Below are positions 30,043-39,374 of a stretch of 64,000 nt of DNA, in pieces. Below the pieces are notes generated by a model. That model did no database searches and was not told the DNA's origin. It worked only from the letters and a program-made list of their open reading frames with translations. The DNA lies in contig CAYGCY010000002.1 in the NCBI GenBank assembly GCA_964348525.1, positions 9,726 to 73,725 on the forward strand. Reading direction: 5' to 3'. A program made the translations under genes and the position numbers. The DNA is from an uncultured Candidatus Saccharibacteria bacterium (lineage in GTDB: Bacteria > Patescibacteriota > Minisyncoccia > Phycocordibacterales > Zambryskibacteraceae). The first letter of the stretch is position 1. Each line of letters starts with the position of its first letter.

Positions 30043-31374
30043 TTATTGCTCCAGTTTGTTCACTACTATAGTAAAGTCTTTGGCCATTACGGGCAACTTT
30101 GATACCCATGGGGGCAAGAGGCTTACTTTCATCTGATCTATTGCTGGGAATGTCTCTTTCACGGTTTGTAAATCTGTTTTTTGTTTTCCGCTTAATGCTG
30201 TTATTAGCTCTTCATTTTTTATATCTCCTACAAATACCAGGTCTCCTTTTATACTAAATTGCATACTTTGGTCTCGTGTGGGGTCAAATTTTGAGCCATC
30301 TTTCAGCGCGAAGACAAGGCTATCTGCGTTTGAAAGAGTTACTGGAATATCTTTTAATTCAGAAGATTGGCTAGCTAAAAATTGTCCGAGCACTATTCTG
30401 TCTGAAATAACCGCCGTTATAGAGCCATTTATATTTATCTTTACAGAACTTCCGGATGGTTCACTTTGATCGGCTGGGGCAAAAGAAAACTTTTCTAATC
30501 CAGAAAGAATTATCATAGACGACGGTATCTGGCTTTTGGCTGATTTTATAAGCTCTGCCTTTAGGGCATTTTCTATTTCTGTTTCTGCTACCACCCTGTC
30601 CGCTTCAGCCACTTTTTTCATCATCCCAACAAAACCGCCAGACATAGGAGTCTTTGAGCGCGCGTACATTGTTTTGTATTTAGGGTCATTCTTAAAGCCT
30701 GGGATAGTGAAATCGGTTAGGCCTATATTGTATTTTTCTCCTATATCATCGGCATAAACCACAGCCTCAATGCTTCCGGGTATTTTCTTGCCGTCTACAG
30801 TTTTTTGCCCTGGTACCACAACAGAATCTGAAATTCTGAATATTAAGCCTTCTGGGCTCTCAAAGCGCGTATTTTTTATTAGTCTTTGACTAGCTGTGCC
30901 GGCGTCATTGTAAATAACTATCGTACCGCTAGCTTTTCTTTGAACCTCCTCTTCGCCATTAGCCTTCACGGTTTTTCCTCCAGTTTTGGTAATTGTAACT
31001 ACTTGGAAAGGAAGAGAATTACTTGGCTCTTTTCCACTCGCTACTGAGTCCACTTTGTAACCATTAAAAATATCTGTGAAATTAGCTTTCACTACTCTTG
31101 GAGTTATTTCTATACGCGCCCCAGACATGAAAGACATCACCACAAGCGCTATAGCAAGGATCCCTACCACCCCACCTATCCACCACCAAACTTTTTTGGT
31201 ACCACCAAAATTTGGCATAGAAAATTTCATTGACCTCTTTGGGGGTCTTGGGAGTACTGGCCCAGAATCACGCATTAAAGTAGGGGTCTCTCTCCTGCCC
31301 TTTGGTAGAGGTACATTTCGTATTGATCTGCCACCATTGGGAGGCACCATATCCTGAAGTACATTTTTAGTCAT
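30043..31374 (-). CDS. Hypothetical membrane-anchored protein (Pro-rich cytoplasmic N-terminus, one TM, large extracytoplasmic domain)
   Basis: 443 aa with no recognisable motif. Lies where secY/adk/map usually precede infA. Confidence 0.5.
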   Translation of the reverse strand: MTKNVLQDMVPPNGGRSIRNVPLPKGRRETPTLMRDSGPVLPRPPKRSMKFSMPNFGGTKKVWWWIGGVVGILAIALVVMSFMSGARIEITPRVVKANFTDIFNGYKVDSVASGKEPSNSLPFQVVTITKTGGKTVKANGEEEVQRKASGTIVIYNDAGTASQRLIKNTRFESPEGLIFRISDSVVVPGQKTVDGKKIPGSIEAVVYADDIGEKYNIGLTDFTIPGFKNDPKYKTMYARSKTPMSGGFVGMMKKVAEADRVVAETEIENALKAELIKSAKSQIPSSMIILSGLEKFSFAPADQSEPSGSSVKININGSITAVISDRIVLGQFLASQSSELKDIPVTLSNADSLVFALKDGSKFDPTRDQSMQFSIKGDLVFVGDIKNEELITALSGKQKTDLQTVKETFPAIDQMKVSLLPPWVSKLPVMAKDFTIVVNKLEQ

Positions 31375-31448
31375 TTATAAAATGATTATACCTCTATGCC
31401 GAAGCATAAACAATAACTGTGTTGTTGAAAAAGTGTATTAGGAAAAAT

Positions 31449-33254
31449 TTATTCAAGCACTGCTTTTATCCTGCGAATACCTTGCGCCACAGCTTCTTCT
31501 TTCTGGATTTTAAATGTGCCCAAATCTCCTGTATTTGCGACATGAGGTCCACCACAGAATTCTTTTGAAAATGCATGCTCTAAATCACTGCCAATAAAAT
31601 AAACAGAAACCTCGTCTCCATATTTTTCGCTAAACAGATGCCGTGCCCCAATCTTCATCGCCTCTTCTTTTGGCAAAATAATATTCTGGACGGGCAACTT
31701 TTCAGCAATTTTCTCATTCACAATGTTCTCCACTTTTTGCTTTTCCTCCTCTGTCATTTTTTGTGAATGGGCAAAATCAAAGCGCAACCTTTCTGGAGTG
31801 ATATTTGAACCCTTCTGTCCAACATGCTCTCCTAGCACCCTTTTTAAGGCTTCGTGAAGCAAGTGTGTGGCCGTGTGGTATTTGGTCTCCATTTCGCCGT
31901 GGCCTGCAAGCCCACCTTTAAACTTTTGTTCCGCCCCCGCGCGAGACAGTTCTTGATGGGCTTTAAATTTCTCCTGAAACTCTTTTTCATTTATTTCTCT
32001 TCCATTTTCTTTTGCTAGCTCTTTTGTAAGTTCAAAAGGAAACCCGTAGGAAGTAAATAAAACGAAAGGGTCTTCTCCCTTTTCAAAATGCTTGAGACCG
32101 GCTTCGAGGGTTTCTTTAAATTTATTTATCTCCTCAGTTATGACTTGTTTTATTAAATTCGCGTCAAAATCATAGTGATTTTTATAAATGACATGACCAA
32201 TAACAATTTCAGCAACAATAACTAGTTCTGACAAATCTGCTTTTATTTTCTTTGTATGAATGTATGCCCTACGAAGTAAGCGCCGTAAAATGTAGCCTCT
32301 GTCTGTATTTGATGGCACAACCCCATCATTTATCATAAATACCGCGGTACGTATGTGGTCAACGATAATTCTTGAAGAACGACCCGCCTTAGAATCGAAC
32401 TCCCGCAATGGCAATAGTAGTGGCGCAAAAATGTCTGTGTCATATGCGGTTTTCTTGCCCTGCATCACAGAGGTTAACCTTTCAAGCCCAGCCCCCGTAT
32501 CAACATTTTTATTAGCTAGTTTTCCAATAACTTTCCCATCTTTTTTCTCATATTCCATAAAAACATCATTCCAAATTTCTACAACAGTCTCATCCTTTAC
32601 TGCTTTCAAAAATTCTTCTTTAGATAAATTTCCCAGCCCATTTTCTGTAAGGTCATAAAACATTTCTGTATCTGGGCCACACGGGCCATCGTCTCCCGCA
32701 CTCCAAAAATTATCTTCGGCTCCCAAAAAATAAATTCTATTTTCTGCAATACCATTTTTCATCCAAATGCCCGCTGATTCAGTATCTTTTGGCGCATTTT
32801 CATCGCCCTCAAAACAAGTTATATAGAGCCTGTTTAAATCTAAACCAAAACCTTCTTCTTTTGAGGTTAAAAGCTCAACGCTCCACTTAATAGCATCCTC
32901 TTTAAAATAATCTCCAAGAGACCAATTGCCGAGCATTTCAAAAAAGGTTAGGTGCCTATTGTCGCCAACATCATCAATGTCTCCGGTGCGAATACATTTT
33001 TGAATATCAACCAACCTTTTTCCTTTTGGGTGCTCCTTGCCCAAAAGATATGGAATGAGGGGTTGCATCCCTGCACTATTAAAAAGCGTTTTCTGTGTAG
33101 CAGAAACTTCACTCGGTATAAGAGAAGCGGATGGGATTTCGATATGTCCCCTTTTAACAAAAAAATCTATGAATCTGCGCCTTATTTCTGCTGACTCCAT
33201 AGCAAAAATATAACATATTAGCGCTTTAAAACGAGCCTTGTTTGCACCATTCAC
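31449..33254 (-). CDS. alaS: Alanyl-tRNA synthetase, short form (catalytic + editing domains, no C-Ala domain)
   Basis: Class II AlaRS core. Editing-domain HxxxH (HTATHLLHEALKRVLG). 601 aa against about 870. Confidence 0.85.
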   Translation of the reverse strand: MNGANKARFKALICYIFAMESAEIRRRFIDFFVKRGHIEIPSASLIPSEVSATQKTLFNSAGMQPLIPYLLGKEHPKGKRLVDIQKCIRTGDIDDVGDNRHLTFFEMLGNWSLGDYFKEDAIKWSVELLTSKEEGFGLDLNRLYITCFEGDENAPKDTESAGIWMKNGIAENRIYFLGAEDNFWSAGDDGPCGPDTEMFYDLTENGLGNLSKEEFLKAVKDETVVEIWNDVFMEYEKKDGKVIGKLANKNVDTGAGLERLTSVMQGKKTAYDTDIFAPLLLPLREFDSKAGRSSRIIVDHIRTAVFMINDGVVPSNTDRGYILRRLLRRAYIHTKKIKADLSELVIVAEIVIGHVIYKNHYDFDANLIKQVITEEINKFKETLEAGLKHFEKGEDPFVLFTSYGFPFELTKELAKENGREINEKEFQEKFKAHQELSRAGAEQKFKGGLAGHGEMETKYHTATHLLHEALKRVLGEHVGQKGSNITPERLRFDFAHSQKMTEEEKQKVENIVNEKIAEKLPVQNIILPKEEAMKIGARHLFSEKYGDEVSVYFIGSDLEHAFSKEFCGGPHVANTGDLGTFKIQKEEAVAQGIRRIKAVLE

Positions 33255-33308
33255 GAATAAATTTTTCCAGCGAAAAATTTTGCTGTCTCTCAGTTTTTTA
33301 AAGTAAAG

Positions 33309-33405
33309 AGCCCCGTGAGATACCAGAGGACGAGTGGTGTTTGCCTTTTAGGAGCGCGGTATATCTCTCCGTGAAGGCAAATACCCGAGTCCTTATCTCA
33401 CGGGG
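33309..33405. repeat. Long imperfect hairpin with conserved apical loop (element copy 1) in the udg-alaS intergenic region
   Basis: Nested stems gccccgtgagata/tatctcacggggt and ggtgtttgcctt/aaggcaaatacc. Apical loop ttaggagcgcggtatatctctccgtga is shared with the copy at 61401-61426. Confidence 0.5.
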
Positions 33406-33465
33406 TCTTGACTTACCTATGCTGAAAAACTTCCGAGACGAACAGTATAAATAAGACTCGTTTTG

Positions 33466-34059
33466 CTAGATAAGGGTTTTTAGAACAGCAAAATCATTTA
33501 CGAGCTCTGGTTTTTTGCTTTGGGTATAGATAGCAACTGCCGGGTGATATAAAGGCACAATTTTTATTGCGCCAAATGACGCATCTGCATCTATTACTCT
33601 GCCGTGAAGCTCTGAAATTGGCAGTTCATTTTCTAAACAATCAAATTTATCCAAAATATACTTCATTGAAAACCGCCCGAGTGGAGCAATAACTTTTGGT
33701 CTAATTATTTCTAATTGTCTATCCAAATATGGCCCGTATGATTTTATTTCCTCTTCAGTTGGGTCACGATTTTCAGGTGGTCTATCTTTCACAATGTTAG
33801 TTATGTAAACATCTTCTCTTGAAATGTCCGCGCTCGCTAAAAGCTCGTCTAATATTTTCCCAGCTCGCCCCACAAACGGCCTTCCTGTTTTTGCTTCATT
33901 TTTTCCAGGGGCTTCGCCAATAAACATTATTTTCGCGCTATGACTTCCCTCTCCTATCACAGGAAAATTGTGTTCCTCGGTTCTATATTTATACAAAGGA
34001 AGCGACTCATCTTCCAATAAGTCTTCTTTTACTTTCTTCATTTCTGGATCTATATTCAT
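33466..34059 (-). CDS. Uracil-DNA glycosylase, family 4
   Basis: GEAPGKNEAKTGRPFVGRAGKILDELL motif. Confidence 0.85.
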   Translation of the reverse strand: MNIDPEMKKVKEDLLEDESLPLYKYRTEEHNFPVIGEGSHSAKIMFIGEAPGKNEAKTGRPFVGRAGKILDELLASADISREDVYITNIVKDRPPENRDPTEEEIKSYGPYLDRQLEIIRPKVIAPLGRFSMKYILDKFDCLENELPISELHGRVIDADASFGAIKIVPLYHPAVAIYTQSKKPELVNDFAVLKTLI

Positions 34060-34754
34060 TTCAAAATCTCAGTCAATGTGTACACCCAGTCTTCATTCAA
34101 GGGGTTTTCTTTCTTTTTGGTTTCCAAAAACCATTCTAAGTATTCCCTATCCTTTTTTAATATATCTTCAACCAATTCGCCTTTGTATTTTCCAAAAGAA
34201 AAACGCCTGATGAGACTAGGCCTTCCAGATATTTCTATCATTTCCTCCAAAGAAACATCTTTTAAGAAAAATTCAAAAAGTTTTTCAAGCACAGCTACAT
34301 CTCCACGAGCATCGTGCGCCTGACCCTCTGCATCTAAATCATAGGCATACCTCAAATACTGCAACTTGTGATTTGTAAGTTTTGCCTCCTTATCCAAGTG
34401 TCTAGCAACCTTTAAAGTACAAATATATTTTTGCGGTACCAAGCCTTCTGATGCAATAACTCCCATATCAAAAAGAGCATTATGGGCAACCATTATTGAA
34501 CCCTGTGCAAATAACTCCTCTAGACGCTTCTTCATTTCGCTTTCTACAAAAAGAGGTTTATCCGCAACCATCGCCCGAGTGATGTGATGAACACTTGTCG
34601 CTTCAAAAGACAGCTCTATACCTTCCGGTGGTTTAAAAAGCTCCGTGCCTTCTTCACCTGTTTTCCAGACTTTATAAGATATTTGCACAAGGCGGTCTTT
34701 ATCCGTAAGGCCTGTGGTTTCTGTATCTAAAAAAATAATTGGTTTTTCGTGCAT
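34056..34754 (-). CDS. DnaQ-like 3'-5' exonuclease (DEDDh)
   Basis: Exo I FLDTETTGL and Exo III HNALFD motifs. Confidence 0.75.
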   Translation of the reverse strand: MHEKPIIFLDTETTGLTDKDRLVQISYKVWKTGEEGTELFKPPEGIELSFEATSVHHITRAMVADKPLFVESEMKKRLEELFAQGSIMVAHNALFDMGVIASEGLVPQKYICTLKVARHLDKEAKLTNHKLQYLRYAYDLDAEGQAHDARGDVAVLEKLFEFFLKDVSLEEMIEISGRPSLIRRFSFGKYKGELVEDILKKDREYLEWFLETKKKENPLNEDWVYTLTEILK

Positions 34755-34757
34755 AGG

Positions 34758-35585
34758 TTACAAACTGCTTACTTCGTGTAAGACATGTTTAATTTTTTCA
34801 TCATTTAATCCAATAGACTTCAATATTCCCTGATTAGTTAGCAACGAATCGGCAAAAACCACGCCTTGTTCTAATAAAGAATGCTTCTGTGTCTCATTAA
34901 GTAGGCTCAGGCATGTAATAGGGAGTGTCTTCGTTTCCAAAATCAAATCATGCAAATTGCCTTGCTCTGGATAGTTCCACCCGACAAGTTTTAATTTGGT
35001 GCATTCTGCGTACTGTATGGCGGTTGTAGTAAATTTAGTATTTGTTACGAGCCAGCCTTCAGTTACTTTTCTGTTGGACCCATCGTAATTAAAAGTAGTA
35101 TTTTTCAAATCATCTATACGCGCCTTAACATACAAAACAACTTTTAAATCGGACTTGATTCCCAATTCGTTATGAAATTTAGCCTCCACCGCTATTAAAT
35201 CTTTTTCATTCCACGCAACTACGTCAACCTCATGAGGTACACATTCACCCAACATTATTTCGTCTGTTTTGGTTTGAAAGCCTTTTCTGTTTAGGATTTC
35301 TGCCACATATTTTTCAAACGGAAATCCAGACGGTCCAAGATCCATAACCGCTCTTTTTAAAACATACCTCTTGGCAGAGGAAGGCGACATTTTATGAAGA
35401 TGCTCAAAAGCCTTTTTATATATCTCTACCGTTTTTGTGTTCTCTGCTAATTCCCCCACAACTTCAGCAACTATCACTTCTGCATTTTGCGCATTGGCAC
35501 CGGCTCTAATAAGAGAGTTGCGAAGCTTGTTTTCATCAAAAAGCTCTCTTTCACCGCTAGCTTTTAAAACATAAATAGGCGTCAT
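34758..35585 (-). CDS. ATP-cone domain fused to a PD-(D/E)xK (Mrr-like) nuclease-fold domain
   Basis: N-terminal ATP-cone-like IYVLKASGERELFDENKLRNSL, then VDVVAWNEKDLIAVEAKF (D...E.K). Confidence 0.55.
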   Translation of the reverse strand: MTPIYVLKASGERELFDENKLRNSLIRAGANAQNAEVIVAEVVGELAENTKTVEIYKKAFEHLHKMSPSSAKRYVLKRAVMDLGPSGFPFEKYVAEILNRKGFQTKTDEIMLGECVPHEVDVVAWNEKDLIAVEAKFHNELGIKSDLKVVLYVKARIDDLKNTTFNYDGSNRKVTEGWLVTNTKFTTTAIQYAECTKLKLVGWNYPEQGNLHDLILETKTLPITCLSLLNETQKHSLLEQGVVFADSLLTNQGILKSIGLNDEKIKHVLHEVSSL

Positions 35586-35600
35586 ACAGAAAGTATAACA

Positions 35601-36662
35601 TTAGCTAAGTATTGCCCCACCCATGACTTTTTGGCCTTTATAAAAAACCACTGATTGACCTTCCGCTATAGGGGTAGGGCTTTTTACAGAGACATACCAA
35701 TTGCCTGTTTTTTTGAAAAGTTCGGTTTTTTGCTTTTTTTGTCGATATCTAAATCTTGCATCAAAAAGACCCCCATTAAGAAGACGGGTATCTTCATTGA
35801 AAGAAACTTTTGTAAGCTTGAATGTATATTCATTAGATAAATCTTTTTGAGATCCAACAGTCAGAGTGTTGTTTTTCACATCTTTTTTTAATACATACAT
35901 CGGCTCATCATTTACACCTTTTTTTGTGATGTTAAAACCGTGTCTCTCCCCTTCAGTGTAGAACCATACTCCGTCGTGGGTTCCTATTATTCCCCCTTTG
36001 ATATTTTTTACTTTCCCTTTTTTGGTTGTTATGTTTATTTTCAAATATTTCTTTAAATCAAGAGGGCCAAGAAAACATATGCCTTGACTGTCTTTTTTAT
36101 CTGCTACTGGAATACCTGCTTTTTTTGCTATTGCCCTAACTTCTTGTTTTGTAAGATTTTCAAGCGGAAAAATTATTTGTTCTAATTTTTCATTAGATAC
36201 TGCCCACAAAAAATAGGTCTGGTCTTTTTCTTTGTCTTTCGGCTCGCTTAACACGGTCTTTCCGTCTTCTATGTTTATACACGCATAGTGTCCCGTTGCC
36301 ACAAAATCAGCATCAAGTTTTTTAGCGATTTGAAAAAGAGTTTCGAATTTAACAAATTTATTGCACAAAATATCTGGATTGGGAGTCCTTCCGGCTTTAT
36401 ATTCTCTTATCATTTCATCGGCTACATATTTTTTGTAGAGTTTTTTTGCGTCTACTGTATACAAAGGTATATCTAGAGATGAAGCCACTCTCATGGCATC
36501 ACGCCTCTCTTCTTTTTCAGGACAATAAAATCCCTCTGGGTGCCATGTTTCTATAAATACTCCCACAACATCAAAACCTCTTTTTTTGAGCAAATATGCG
36601 GAAACAGAGGAATCCACTCCTCCAGACATGCCTACTATTGCCCTCGGTTTTTTATTTTTCAC
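35601..36662 (-). CDS. mnmA: tRNA-specific 2-thiouridylase
   Basis: PP-loop SGGVDSS. 353 aa. Confidence 0.9.
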   Translation of the reverse strand: MKNKKPRAIVGMSGGVDSSVSAYLLKKRGFDVVGVFIETWHPEGFYCPEKEERRDAMRVASSLDIPLYTVDAKKLYKKYVADEMIREYKAGRTPNPDILCNKFVKFETLFQIAKKLDADFVATGHYACINIEDGKTVLSEPKDKEKDQTYFLWAVSNEKLEQIIFPLENLTKQEVRAIAKKAGIPVADKKDSQGICFLGPLDLKKYLKINITTKKGKVKNIKGGIIGTHDGVWFYTEGERHGFNITKKGVNDEPMYVLKKDVKNNTLTVGSQKDLSNEYTFKLTKVSFNEDTRLLNGGLFDARFRYRQKKQKTELFKKTGNWYVSVKSPTPIAEGQSVVFYKGQKVMGGAILS

Positions 36663-36721
36663 ACTTTGATATTACCAGAAAGCTCTATTTTAGGGCTTAT
36701 TTGGGATACAAGATAAAATAC

Positions 36722-36751
36722 TTGACAAACGTTTAACTAGTGTTATATAAT
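36722..36751 (+). promoter_or_regulatory. Near-consensus sigma70-type promoter (TTGACA, about 16-18 nt, TATATAAT)
   Basis: ttgaca at 36722-36727, tatataat at 36744-36751, upstream of a small membrane ORF. Confidence 0.5.
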
Positions 36752-36781
36752 AGAAAAAGACCCCTAACCTTGGTAAATCAA

Positions 36782-37057
36782 ATGCCAATCGTTCTAATCT
36801 TGCTCGGTGCATTGTTTTTCGTTGTCGGCTCCAATGAGATCGTTGGTGGCTCTCAGAACCCAATGGACCTCATTGTGGTAGCTGTCGGAATCTGTTTCTG
36901 GGCAATCGGCCTTCTCATCCACGTCATCACAATAGTCGTGGAAAAACAGACGAACCGACAGATCAAGGCTGTATTCCGCATCTCGAACCCCCTTTTCTCT
37001 GAGGTGGAGCTCGAGGAGTTGTGGAATGCAAGAAAGGAAAAGTTCCTCAACCCGTAA
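36782..37057 (+). CDS. Small two-TM membrane protein (GC-rich cassette)
   Basis: MPIVLILLGALFFVV.... Start moved to the ATG downstream of the promoter -10 box. About 50% GC with G/C-ending codons. Followed by a strong terminator. Confidence 0.45.
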   Translation: MPIVLILLGALFFVVGSNEIVGGSQNPMDLIVVAVGICFWAIGLLIHVITIVVEKQTNRQIKAVFRISNPLFSEVELEELWNARKEKFLNP

Positions 37058-37058
37058 C

Positions 37059-37096
37059 CCGCCCGCAGAGCCCCCGCGCTCTCGCGGGCGGTTCTG
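37059..37096. terminator. GC-rich bidirectional terminator hairpin
   Basis: ccgcccgcagagcccccgcgctctcgcgggcgg followed by a T-rich run. Confidence 0.7.
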
Positions 37097-37104
37097 TTAT
37101 AAAA

Positions 37105-38124
37105 TTATTTTCCTAGATATTTTTCTCTATTTATCTGATGTTCTTCAAAAGTTTTAGCGAAATACATATGCCCAGCTTTGTCTGAAAGAAAATACAGATA
37201 ATTTGTTTTCGCCGGATAAAGAGTTGCTTTTATAGACTCAAGCCCCGGATTCCCTATTGGGGTAGGAGGTAAACCCGTATGGACGTACGTGTTGTATGGA
37301 GAATCTATTTTCAAATCATCAGTCGTTAACTGAAAAGTACCTTTGCCATTTATGTATATGAACGTGGCATCTGCTTGAAGCGCCATACCCATATCGAGGC
37401 GTTTCCATAATACTTGCGCCACTTTTGCTCTATCTTCAGGAAATATGGTTTCTCTCTCCACGATTGAAGCCATTTTTATAATATCTGCCTCACTTCGTTT
37501 GGTCTTTTTTATATCAATCTCTAGTGGTTCTATATGTTTTTTAAAATTGTTTGTCATTATCTCTATGACGTCTTTTTCTGTCATATTTGGGTCAAAAAAA
37601 TAAGTATCTGGAAATAAATACCCTTCGGGGGCTGTAGCCAAAAATGTTCTGAAATTAAATCTTGGAAAATCTCTGAATTTATTTAGTATTTCTTTTTTTG
37701 ACAAGCCTTCTTGAATTGTAATTTTCAAAGACGATAAAGAGTAGGTGCCTTTGTTTATCCTTTTGGCTATTCGGCATGCTCCCAGAGGTTTTTCGAAATT
37801 ATAGACCCCGGCCTTTGATTCTAGGTGTCCAAAAAGATAACTGCATAGTTTGAATGGGAGCTCATTTCTTATAAGCCCTTTTTCTCGAAGGCTCAATGAG
37901 ATTTCTCCCAAACTTGCTCCTTTTGGCACATCAAAATACTTTGGAAAAGTGGTAGTGGAATTTGGTATTGAAAAAAGTAAAAGAAAACTAAAAAAGATTA
38001 TAAAAAGCACTCCGAAAAATTCGTACCGGAGAATATTCTTCTTTAATGTTTCGGCATCCATTTTTACGCGCTTATATAGGAAGATTAGCAGGAGCTTCAC
38101 TTTTCTTGGAAAGAATACGTTCAA
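37105..38124 (-). CDS. mltG: Endolytic murein transglycosylase MltG (YceG family)
   Basis: N-terminal TM, YceG-like C-terminal LPPTPIGNPG. Confidence 0.85.
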   Translation of the reverse strand: MNVFFPRKVKLLLIFLYKRVKMDAETLKKNILRYEFFGVLFIIFFSFLLLFSIPNSTTTFPKYFDVPKGASLGEISLSLREKGLIRNELPFKLCSYLFGHLESKAGVYNFEKPLGACRIAKRINKGTYSLSSLKITIQEGLSKKEILNKFRDFPRFNFRTFLATAPEGYLFPDTYFFDPNMTEKDVIEIMTNNFKKHIEPLEIDIKKTKRSEADIIKMASIVERETIFPEDRAKVAQVLWKRLDMGMALQADATFIYINGKGTFQLTTDDLKIDSPYNTYVHTGLPPTPIGNPGLESIKATLYPAKTNYLYFLSDKAGHMYFAKTFEEHQINREKYLGK

Positions 38125-39325
38125 ATGTGGGGGTCTTGGAGACTTCTCCAGGGAAATGGAAAATGGTTGCCAGCTCTTCGGTGGTCAACACAAAGGGTTT
38201 ACCATGAAAATTTTTGTAAGGAATATTAAAGAAAGACCTTTTTTTATACGCTTCGAGCAATTTTCTTTTATTAATATGCTCTTTTTTCTTACCAAAATCT
38301 TGCCAAGCATAATCGTAAGTGGGGCCCCATCCTTTTTTGAACCCATTGAGAGTTAATGAGTTGAAAGACCCAAGAGAGCCAATAATTCCTCCCAGTCCGC
38401 CTGAATTAAAGACATCCTTCGGCGCTACATAGATTAATCTAATCATGGTATCAAAAGCGTTTTTAGAAATACTTCTCTCAATAGCAAGTATGGTGTCTTT
38501 TTCTGCAGAAGAAATTCTTCCGTAATCAGTTTTTATTTCGTTGCCATCTTTATCTTTGCCCCCAGCAAAAATACTATCTTTTACTATTTTTTTTATTTCA
38601 TCTTTAGCAGCTTTTTTCCAATCTTCCTTCTTTTTGAAAATCCTACCCTCGAGGGCTTTTTCTGTTTTGTGCGCTTGTACAAGAATCTGCACCCAGCCCT
38701 GCTCTTGCGGCTTGAGACTTCCTAAAAATTCTATGAGCGGGGTTATAGGATCTATTTTAAATTCTTCTTTAGGGTCTCTATCTAAACCATAATCTACATA
38801 AGTTTTTATTGGATATGGGTCCGGCTTTGTAAGTGTGAGCTGGGCTCCATTTAAACCAATGGACTCTTGGTCATAAACTACCGGAAGTGAATAATCCTCC
38901 GCCTCATATATTTCTATGTTCGGATATTGGGAATAAAGCTGGGCTTCAATAGAATTTTTTGAAGATTTCTGACACCAGATAAAAAATTTAACATTGCCAC
39001 CAAGAGAAACAATTTCGAGAGAAAACCACGGTCTAACGCTCCCCTTCAAAAATACTGAAATGAAATTTCCAGATGAAGATTGATAAAGAGAATTCAAAAA
39101 TATTTCCATAGCCACAGGAGATTTAGTTATGTCTCGAGGAATTCTAATCTCTAAAAGAACAGTTTCCTTTTCGGCAATAAATTTTGTATGGACATATTTC
39201 ATCCATGTCTCATAAAAAACTGTTCCTAGTACTAATGGGAGCCATACTGTCCAGAAAGACCACAAAGCGCTAAAAGCACTTAACAGTCTTTCAAGAAATG
39301 ATGCATTTGAAAAAAGTTCACTCAT
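38072..39325 (-). CDS. Hypothetical protein with N-terminal TM
   Basis: 417 aa, no recognised motif. Overlaps mltG by 53 nt. Confidence 0.45.
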   Translation of the reverse strand: MSELFSNASFLERLLSAFSALWSFWTVWLPLVLGTVFYETWMKYVHTKFIAEKETVLLEIRIPRDITKSPVAMEIFLNSLYQSSSGNFISVFLKGSVRPWFSLEIVSLGGNVKFFIWCQKSSKNSIEAQLYSQYPNIEIYEAEDYSLPVVYDQESIGLNGAQLTLTKPDPYPIKTYVDYGLDRDPKEEFKIDPITPLIEFLGSLKPQEQGWVQILVQAHKTEKALEGRIFKKKEDWKKAAKDEIKKIVKDSIFAGGKDKDGNEIKTDYGRISSAEKDTILAIERSISKNAFDTMIRLIYVAPKDVFNSGGLGGIIGSLGSFNSLTLNGFKKGWGPTYDYAWQDFGKKKEHINKRKLLEAYKKRSFFNIPYKNFHGKPFVLTTEELATIFHFPGEVSKTPTFERILSKKSEAPANLPI

Positions 39326-39343
39326 TTACTTTCAAATTATAAC

Positions 39344-39374
39344 AAAAAATCCCCGTATATACGGGGATTTTTTG
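39344..39374. terminator. Bidirectional rho-independent terminator
   Basis: aaaaaatccccgtatatacggggattttttgtt. Confidence 0.8.

Noticed and set aside
33309-33405. Possible SRP (4.5S) RNA or T-box leader for alaS
   Set aside because: Lacks the SRP domain IV GGAA tetraloop and AGCAGCC motif. No AGGGUGGNACCGCG T-box sequence on either strand. Kept only as an unclassified structured element.
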